Shown here in pieces: positions 56,229-64,000 of a stretch of DNA of 64,000 bases. Both the position numbers and the translations under genes were made by a program. Source of the stretch: Ylistrum balloti (lineage: Eukaryota); NCBI RefSeq assembly GCF_031769215.1, contig NW_026782216.1, positions 558,001 to 622,000 on the forward strand, given 5' to 3'. Position 1 is the first letter of the stretch. The number at the start of each line of letters is the position of its first letter. The notes beneath the pieces are model-generated. The model was not told where the DNA came from. It did not search any database and saw nothing but the letters and a program-made list of their open reading frames with translations.

Positions 56229-57335
56229 TGTCTCTATAGCCTGGAGACCATTCACCGATAATAGGTTTAACGGAGTGCAATTTGTTATTGGTATATGTAT
56301 TCCATTCCTCCAGGCACTGAACTTTTGAAATTTGTTTTATAAATGGTTTAAAATCGGTAAAATGAAGTTTAAAAACAACAGATGGTAGCGATAAAGCTTC
56401 CTGTGCGGCACGATCTGCTCTTTCATTGCCTGGTATCCCCATGTTCCCAGGAACACAGCAAAAGGCAATACGAAAGTTAAAGGCTAGCTCAAGATATAGT
56501 ATTAATGTATTACGAATGAAAATATTTTCGATATTTCGATTGCTAAGACTCTGTAGAACAGAAAGAGAGTCTGAATGGATAACAGCTCTAATTACTTTGT
56601 TTCTTTGAATATATTCAAGGGCGATGTAGATAGCTCGAGACTATTGAGGCGTTGTTCGGTAGCCGGCATCCATAGGTTTCATCTTGTGTAACCATGGCCG
56701 CAGCAATCTTATCATTATCTTTTGAACCATCAGTATATAAATGTAGAAATGCTTTATAACTGTATAACTGTCTGTGTCTGATTTAACCATTTCATGAAGA
56801 GAAAAGTCAACTTCAGGAGAATTCGTGAACCAGGGTGGAATTTCTATCGTTCCAAATGTTTGTGTTTTGTAAAAGAGCGGAAATTCGATTACCGAATGAT
56901 GGACTGGTTTTTGGTTGTTTTTGAAACAAGATTTTATATCTTAGATCAAATACAAGTGAAAAAGCAGGATTTGAAGGATTTGACTTTAGCTGAATCGTGT
57001 ATTGCAAAGCCAATTTATTTCGACGGCTATATAGTGATGGTTCGTTATCTTCTACATAAAGGCTTGTTGTAGGTGTAGTCTTAAAAGCTCCGAGAGCGAG
57101 CCTGAGACCTCGGTGATGAACAGTGTCTAATAATCTGTGATATGAAGGTCTAGCAGATCCATACACAATGGAACCGTAGTCTAATTTTGATCTAAGAAGA
57201 GCTCTATAGAGTCTTAGCAAAAAATTTCTACCAGCTCCCCAATCAGTGTGGGAAAACAACCTTTAGAATATTCAGTGCCTTAAGGTATTTGGCTTAAAGG
57301 TAATGTATATGTCTGAAGATTACAATTGTATCTGG
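56229..57335 (-). mobile_element. Internal fragment of I/Nimb-like LINE with RNase H, decayed
   Basis: DWGAGR..LYRALLRSKLDYGSIVYGSARPS..GAFKTTP, YTDGSK, IHSDSLS, GNMGIPGNERADRAA. Lacks both the 3' tail and the RT core. Confidence 0.9.
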
Positions 57336-57607
57336 TAAAAAATTATGCAAGCATCGTTATTATTGTTGTTGTTTGTTGCGAACCTTTTCGTAACTCAAGT
57401 TCTGCGTTACCAAGGACCAGTAGTTATGCGCTTTCTTCTTTAAGGATAGGAATTTCAGCTTTAGACAAGAAATGGATAAAATTAAGAAGAAACTATTACT
57501 GAAACTATTACTGTTAAATAACAACTAGAAAATATCTAATGATAAAGCAGTATCTTAATATGAAACTTACAGTAATTCACGAATAGCTATGAACTAAAAC
57601 TTCGAAT

Positions 57608-57745
57608 TAGAATAGAAGTTCTTATAACAGTGCTTAGTCAGTGCACCCTCAACACTGGCCATTTGTCTAATGAAGGTGACCGTATAACTATCGAAACGTC
57701 ACACCCTAATCATCCAATGGTTGTGCTATAACAACTTCTATTCTA
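57608..57745. mobile_element. 138-bp fold-back mini-element (Penelope pLTR-like) enclosing a hammerhead
   Basis: 22-bp inverted arms at 57608-57629 and 57724-57745, 20/22 identical. Confidence 0.55.
57664..57703 (+). ncRNA. Minimal type I hammerhead ribozyme (Penelope-type) with a core mutation
   Basis: TGT-CTAATGA-AGGTGACCGTATAACTATC-GAAA-CGTC-ACA. Stem I TGT/ACA, palindromic stem III ACGT, GUC cleavage triplet. G5>A in the core and imperfect stem II. Confidence 0.6.
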
Positions 57746-58404
57746 TCGACATTACTAACTAGAAGAAAGTGTTCCAAAGCAAAAACATTCGAGATAACAT
57801 TTAACGTTCGCAAAGTTTTTCGTTGCCCTACGTTTCATATTTATGTTTTTATAAAATCGGTATGCCCAGTTTTTTGCAGAAAGTTTCTGTCAATTTTATC
57901 TGTATCGAAAGAACACTATACAGTATTCACTCTAGGTTCCGCAATAAGTAATTCTGTAAAGTTTCAGAAGATGTATAATGAATAATTGTTTATTTTGTTG
58001 AATAAATATCTCGCGGTTGATCAGTTGGAGCTACTTCACGAGTATTTAGTCTGTCTCCGTTTCTCTATACCATTTCTATAGACATAGACAGGAATAACAG
58101 GAGATTTTCATTCACTGTAAAAATGTTCACAAACTATGTTATTTCGCGTTTTTTTTTCTCTTAGCCGCGAATACAGCGGAATTAAATCCCTACAAATATA
58201 ACCAACTATACAATGTATCAGATATACAGTGTATCAACAAATTTTCGTACATTTACACAGTGACAGAGTGAGGTAACTAATGCTACCGTTAAATTAGGAA
58301 CGAAACCGATCGATACTTCAATCTGTTTTCAAAATGTATATAAATTGGCCATTATAGTTTATCATATACATGTAGTTATTCGCATTGTAACTGTATTTCG
58401 AGGT

Positions 58405-58520
58405 ATTGGCACCTGTCCGACATGTGGGTTTCCATTTTCCTCCCACAGGACGAGCCCTCGCACGCGTATATCCCGGTCAACTTGAGTGGTTAGTATAAGT
58501 TGAAATATTTTCAATAACTA
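58405..58520 (+). mobile_element. SINE 3' fragment (Deu/Nin-like), copy 1
   Basis: cacctgtccgacatgtgggtttcc..ttcctcccacag..ccctcgcacgc..gagtggttagtataagttg; overlaps in sequence with 60450-60520 and 61815-61890. Confidence 0.45.
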
Positions 58521-60449
58521 TGTTTTTTTTTTAATTAGATCAAGTTTTAATTGAATAAATTTAAAATTGATCCATAGAAATGTCAAAATGTGGACGGAGA
58601 TGGACACTGTCTTCATTATTCAATGTATTTTGTAATTTTCACATATCTTATAATTTCAATAGAAAGTCAAGCGAGTATGTATGAAGCAAAACGTGGCATG
58701 CAAGATACGGCAAATCTCGTGAACTGAAAGTTCTCAAAGAGTGTTTTAGGATTGTACAGAACTCATAAATGTGAATAGCGAATACAAATTTTGAAATTGG
58801 ATACAGTAAAACCAAATGTTGATTATAACTGAGTCGCAAAATTGTACTCCTTAGACTCGTCAGTGCTGATAAGAGCATAAATGTTGGAACGTAGGAGACG
58901 ACTGAAGAGAATTGATCTGGTAAAATTGATTTAAATGGGGACGTACACTAGCCTCATAATTAAATACATTTTGTGATTTTCATATATCTTAATATGACGT
59001 TATTTGTTTAACCTCGTATAGAGAGTGCAAGTTATGGACTCAAAATACTACAGGGAGAGGATGAGCAAGTCGAGCGACGATTTCTCATAATGTCGGTCGA
59101 TCCTAAAATCGGTATACATCAAAGGATACAGTCACGGTTTTAGCTTAACCAATCAATCAACAGATCATGTTCCATTCTTCAGCAGTGATTAGAGACATGT
59201 TTATAAATGTATTGTTCTTTAACATGACATGCAAAGTATGTAGTAGTTGATTGAATTTTTGAAAGGCTTAAAGTATAATTTTTTTAAGAACATGTGATTA
59301 CCACGAGGATATGATATTTTTTCTCGGTATGCAAACATTAAAAAAGAGTTCAATATTGACATGATTGTAAATACATATACCTAGTGACGTCATCAAGTGA
59401 AACGTGTTCTGACATTCATGTTATAGACAGGGGTTCACATGATGTCATTCCATTTTAGTTTTGGATGGATGATTGGCAGAGACATCCAGTGAGGGGAAAA
59501 TGACACAACGAATCGCGAAAGTAGAAAATACAATAGAGCTAAAATGTAAAGGAATTTCTAAATGAAAGGGACGGAAAAGCGACTGAACTGTAAAAATAGA
59601 GGTCACAGTAAGAAAAGAAAGAATGCAAAGACAGGATCCACAGACACGTGTCTAGTTTTAAGTCAAAGAGATATAGTGTTTATGCATAGCATATGCATAT
59701 GTATAGCGACTGGAAATGATTGAAACCGTATGCTTGTGATTGACAACGGGTGTTGACAAAACTGCTATTAATTTGTCCGACTGAAGTTTTAATTTTCAAT
59801 CTATCATCGCAAAGCTGCACTTATACAACATTAAGGTAAAATTGTATCTGAATATTACAATTGAAACTGGTATGCAAAGATGCATACATCGTTATTATAG
59901 TTGCTTTTTGCTACGAGCATTTTCACAACACAATGTCTGTGTGAACAAAGACCAGGAGGAGAGTACTTCCTTTTAAATTTTATTAATTTCTTGTGTTTCG
60001 CTGAATTTTTAAAATCATTTATCAATTTACATATTACTGATGACTAACAATTATCGAATAAATAATGATAAATTCGTGTCCTTTTATGGAGCCAATTCAT
60101 TCACGAATCCCAATGCGATAAGGTTTCGATGTAGCGTACAAAGTCCTCGAAATTTGAGGTTACTGTACGTCTAATTTTCATCATTTGGTAAATAAAGGTA
60201 AGATTTTGCATAACGTTCCATGATTAAATCTCAATCGAAACGGCAGTACATGGTATTAATTCGGGGTTCCACGATACTGTTTTTGCGATAAGGTTGCACT
60301 GTGTACCAAGGAGTTTTATGTATTGATAGGGAGCCTCTCATAGAAAACAAAGCAGGTCCTTAACGCTACGGGAAATAAGGAGTGAAAACTGATCGACGAA
60401 AACCTATTTTCATCAAAGGGGATATAATCAATGCCCATATTGCAGTTGT

Positions 60450-60520
60450 ATTCAAGGCATGACGTCACCTGCCCGACCACATGTGTTTTTCCCGAGTTCT
60501 TTCTGCCACAGTATGATCCT
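60450..60520 (+). mobile_element. SINE fragment, copy 2
   Basis: cacctgcccgaccacatgtgtttttccc..tgccacagtatgatcctcg aligns with 58410-58460. Confidence 0.4.
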
Positions 60521-61814
60521 CGAACCCTTCTATCCAGGCAAACAGATTGTTTAACAAAACTAGGAATAAGTTGTTTAGCATTTGTAAAATAGATAATGAA
60601 TGAATGAAAAAGCCACAGTTGATCGAAGAAATGTCAAAATGTGGATGCAGAGGTTCAGTAAAACGTCAAGTGCATGTGCATGCATTAGAACGTTACACGC
60701 AACTACAACAAACCTCGTCTTCAAGTGGTGCAGAAAATTCACACAAGTGAAAAGCATCTATGAACACACATTTAGCATTTTATATTGTGGAGCAAAATAT
60801 TGAACTAAATTGCATTATACAACTGTTTCGTCGTTCTTGGTCTCGACGGGACGGCGCACAAGCACATTAATTCAATGGATTTATTTGTAATTTTCATATA
60901 TCTCAATATCTCGTGATTTTCTTACCCCAGATAGACGGGGAAGTCATGGATTCGAAGGACCACCAAGGAAAATAAAAGTCGAGCAACGCACTTCACTCGT
61001 GGTCGTTTCTGTCAATGATGCATGGTGAAAGTTTTACAGCCGCCATAGTTATTTCATTGGCTAATATAGACATTGTATGGTCTTGTTCTCCTTGCTCCTT
61101 GTCTTGTTTCTTGATAGGTATATGTTTATCAAGGAAAGAGGATTTATGTTCCGTAATGACAAGATCAGAGGTACAAATGTATTTTCCTGAAAATATACAT
61201 TTGCTGATTTTATTTACTCGGCTAAAATCATATCTTTTGTTGTATTTAAATATAGAAGTGTTTCATTTTCTTAATATCACGAATACAGATAATGACTTGT
61301 ACAGTGTAATTCAAGCGCATGGGTGATCCGAAAAAGTAAAGAAGAAAACGCCAATGAGCTAGCAAAATCTTAATAATGATTAAAGTTAAGGGACAAAAGA
61401 CTGAAATGGTTACTCCTGATGTAAAGAAGAAGAATTACTTTCAGTAGCCACATAAGCTTAACTTCAGGTTAAGATCTGCTGGTCAAAGTTCAAAAGAATA
61501 AGCATCCAGTCGTCTTTCCGTTGTCAGGTTGCAAGCAATATCTCGCCATCAGGTTCCCTGAAATGAAAAATAATAATCTGTTCAGACATGATCTCAAGCA
61601 GTTAGTACAAACCGTTCCCTTGTTGGTGTGAAAGGGAATTTCGATCATAATGACATCTTGAGATTCTTTCAGTCTAAGAGCTATACTTTTGAGGAACATT
61701 AATTGATTAATTCGTTATCATCTTTCCAATTTAGCTAAATAAGGTTTGCTGAATTTGTTGAATAGATCGCAATGTATCTCATGTCATCCATTTTTAGTAT
61801 GTGAGGTGGTTTTC

Positions 61815-61890
61815 ATTCGGGCCAGCAACAGTGATTAATATAAGTTGGAAAAACTTGCTTTGCAACTGTTGTAAAATAAATGAAGTTTAT
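61815..61890 (+). mobile_element. SINE tail fragment, copy 3
   Basis: cgggccagcaacagtgattaatataagttg..tgtaaaataaatgaagtttatt aligns with 58475-58510. Confidence 0.45.
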
Positions 61891-62052
61891 TATCATAATA
61901 ATATATTTGATGACGAAGTTAATCAATGCCAAAGGTAGGAGTCTCGAAGTTGAGGACCAAGGACACCACAGCTTGTGATGAAATATGATTAGGTGTTTTG
62001 CGCGCTCGGGCAATATTGTCGAGTTGGGATTGAAACTCGTAATACATAGTAT

Positions 62053-62410
62053 TATTAGTATGCGTGCCAGGGGTTGTTATATATTAGGAAAGACATATGT
62101 GTAAATGAAGGTTTGAAGTGTAACAGGGTGGTCTCATATGTCCACTATCGTTCAACAAGCCATTGAGGTGATACACATCAAAGCCAAAAATCAACACTTT
62201 GCACAAATGACGTTTCGATATTTTGGTAGGGTAAGTGTCAGAGATAACGCTATCTACATACTAATATGTAGATGAGATTCAAAATGTCATTTGTTCACAA
62301 AAATGACGTTTCTCTCGTAAAATGCTTAAAGAATCCATGGTATCGGCGATATACTTACTGTTTTAATAGTTACTTTACAGTTGTACTTGTATATGGATTA
62401 GTAAAGCTAC
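62053..62410 (-). repeat. Dispersed repeat, copy B (inverted partner of 52958-53530)
   Basis: See copy A; hairpin at 62252-62273. Confidence 0.85.
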
Positions 62411-62526
62411 TTCACAGTTGTCCTGGGACTGCTTAGCACCTCCCCTTACTGAAACCCAGGCATGTTCCAGATAACATTACCGTACCATTACCAATTATCC
62501 AGCCAGGCGTCGGGTAATGAATTTAA

Positions 62527-62935
62527 CACTGTTATTCTGCTATATAGCCCAGTGCTAATACACAGTTATTTAATAAACAGCACTGTTATTCAGAGATATA
62601 GCCCAGTGCTAACACACAAATATTTAATAAACAACACTGTTATTCAGCGATATAGCCCAGTGTTAATATACACAAATGCACTTAACAAACAACACTGTTA
62701 CTCAGCGATATAGCTCAGTGCTAATATACAGTTATATAATAAACAACACTGTTTCTCAGCTATCAAACCCATTGTTAATATACACAAAATTACTTAACAA
62801 ACAACACTGTTACTCAGCGATATAGCCAAGTGCTAATATACACAGAGTTATATAATAAACAACACTGTTTCTCAGCTATCTACCTCAGTGATGATAAACA
62901 CGCGATCCATGTAACAAACAGCACTGTTTCTCCAC
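62527..62935. repeat. 54-59-bp minisatellite, 8 units
   Basis: CACTGTT starts at 62527, 62581, 62635, 62693, 62747, 62805, 62863 and 62922. Confidence 0.9.
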
Positions 62936-63259
62936 ACTCCACACCATAGAGCCAACTTCTACCGTTGAACAGCTATTAAGCTCGACGGTACAGTTAAGCG
63001 ACACAGTATAACGAAGAATGGTATCAAACCCAAACCAACCCTGAAACAAACGCAGGACCTACTATAATTACTAAAAGCATAATTAGTACATTATGGAATC
63101 ATTTGTGCCATGTAAATAACATAGGTTGAAGAAATGAAAAATTCATTATAAGGAAATATAAATTATTTGATTCATCATGCAGCTTGATGGAAACGACTGA
63201 ATGTTCCGGAATTGTAAGCATATTCTGCTTCATCCGACGACACTTGCTACTGGGGCAAA

Positions 63260-63640
63260 ATATGAAAAAGGAAGATCTACACGGAAACACTTAAAAAGCG
63301 CAGAGATAATAAGAACAGGTATTCCGGAAGAGTAGGCGTCTTCTGCTTCATCGACGTCATCCGCCATGTAAATGTTAAGCAAGCGAGAAATGCCATGTTC
63401 TCATATGAGGGCAAGGTATGCAACAACGGAACCAAAAGGAAAATTATCGAGCATCAAACACTTCCAGTTTCATATTCCTATGGCGACCGTTAAACCTCTC
63501 TCACATTGACGCCTTCCTGCAAGACAATCATGTTATTTGGACCATGCCCTTGTGTTATCGAACTGTGACATGCAAACAAGTTGAATGTTGCTTTCCCGAA
63601 TTGGAAAATTCACGATAGGGGAATTGTAAACATTCGTCTT
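63260..63640 (-). mobile_element. Naiad RT C-terminus and 3' terminal motif
   Basis: Minus strand NSPIVNFPIRESNI..CMSQF, then tttgatgctcgataatttt 3' UTR and terminal motif at 63316-63372. Confidence 0.7.
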
Positions 63641-64000
63641 AACATACCGCTGAAAGGACATTTGTTCTTGTTAGTTTATTTGTAGGGAAAGATCGAAATA
63701 ATCGGCTGATGGAGAAGAGTCTGTCGGGTATTTCATTGGTATTTACAGTGGGGCTGTCAATTTTTTTTGTTAATCAAAAACAATGTATTTGAAAATTAAT
63801 TTGACAGACTTAGCAAGATTTTTGTGACCTCGTAAGAAAACAAAAGTCAGCCAACAGAAGGGAACAGTTAGTCTCCATGCTTGGGCCAATTGGGAAAAAA
63901 TCTTACCGACAGACTCGACGGCGATGTTGCCATCCAGAAATTGGATCATTTTTATGATTTCGTCCCACGCATTTTTCTCTTTTGATTTGAACGATTGCTT

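Noticed and set aside
62527-62935. CRISPR-like array
   Set aside because: Linkers are homologous to each other rather than unique spacers; no cas genes; eukaryotic context. The same applies to the 31-bp array.
1-64000. Fanzor/TnpB-like or other intact nuclease or defence gene
   Set aside because: No ORF over 180 aa and no RuvC/zinc-ribbon motif set recognised; very decayed copies cannot be excluded without an HMM search.

Overview
AT-rich eukaryotic (animal, most likely bivalve mollusc) genomic DNA, apparently intergenic or intronic, with one 259-N assembly gap. I could not identify an intact protein-coding gene; the longer ORFs are transposon fragments or repeat artefacts. Contents: (i) two near full-length decayed Penelope-like retroelements of the Naiad type (N-terminal GIY-YIG, CxC linker, RT) in head-to-tail tandem at about 4.95-10.2 kb, plus several 3' fragments and solo copies of their 3' terminal motif; (ii) three copies of an RNase H-bearing LINE (I/Nimb-like); (iii) a decayed Ty3/Gypsy element with 3' LTR and PPT, abutting an oppositely oriented related LTR+PBS that is fused to a LINE; (iv) two decayed DDE_Tnp_4 (Harbinger/ISL2EU-like) transposases, one with a C-terminal SWIM finger; (v) tRNA-derived SINEs and a MITE; (vi) two near-canonical type I hammerhead ribozyme relics; (vii) minisatellites and a closely matching inverted repeat pair 8.5 kb apart. 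The most speculative lead is a conserved ~55-nt motif at the Naiad 3' end, present 8 times, that looks like a variant hammerhead core. Family assignments come from my recall of conserved motifs, not database searches, and boundaries of decayed elements are approximate.
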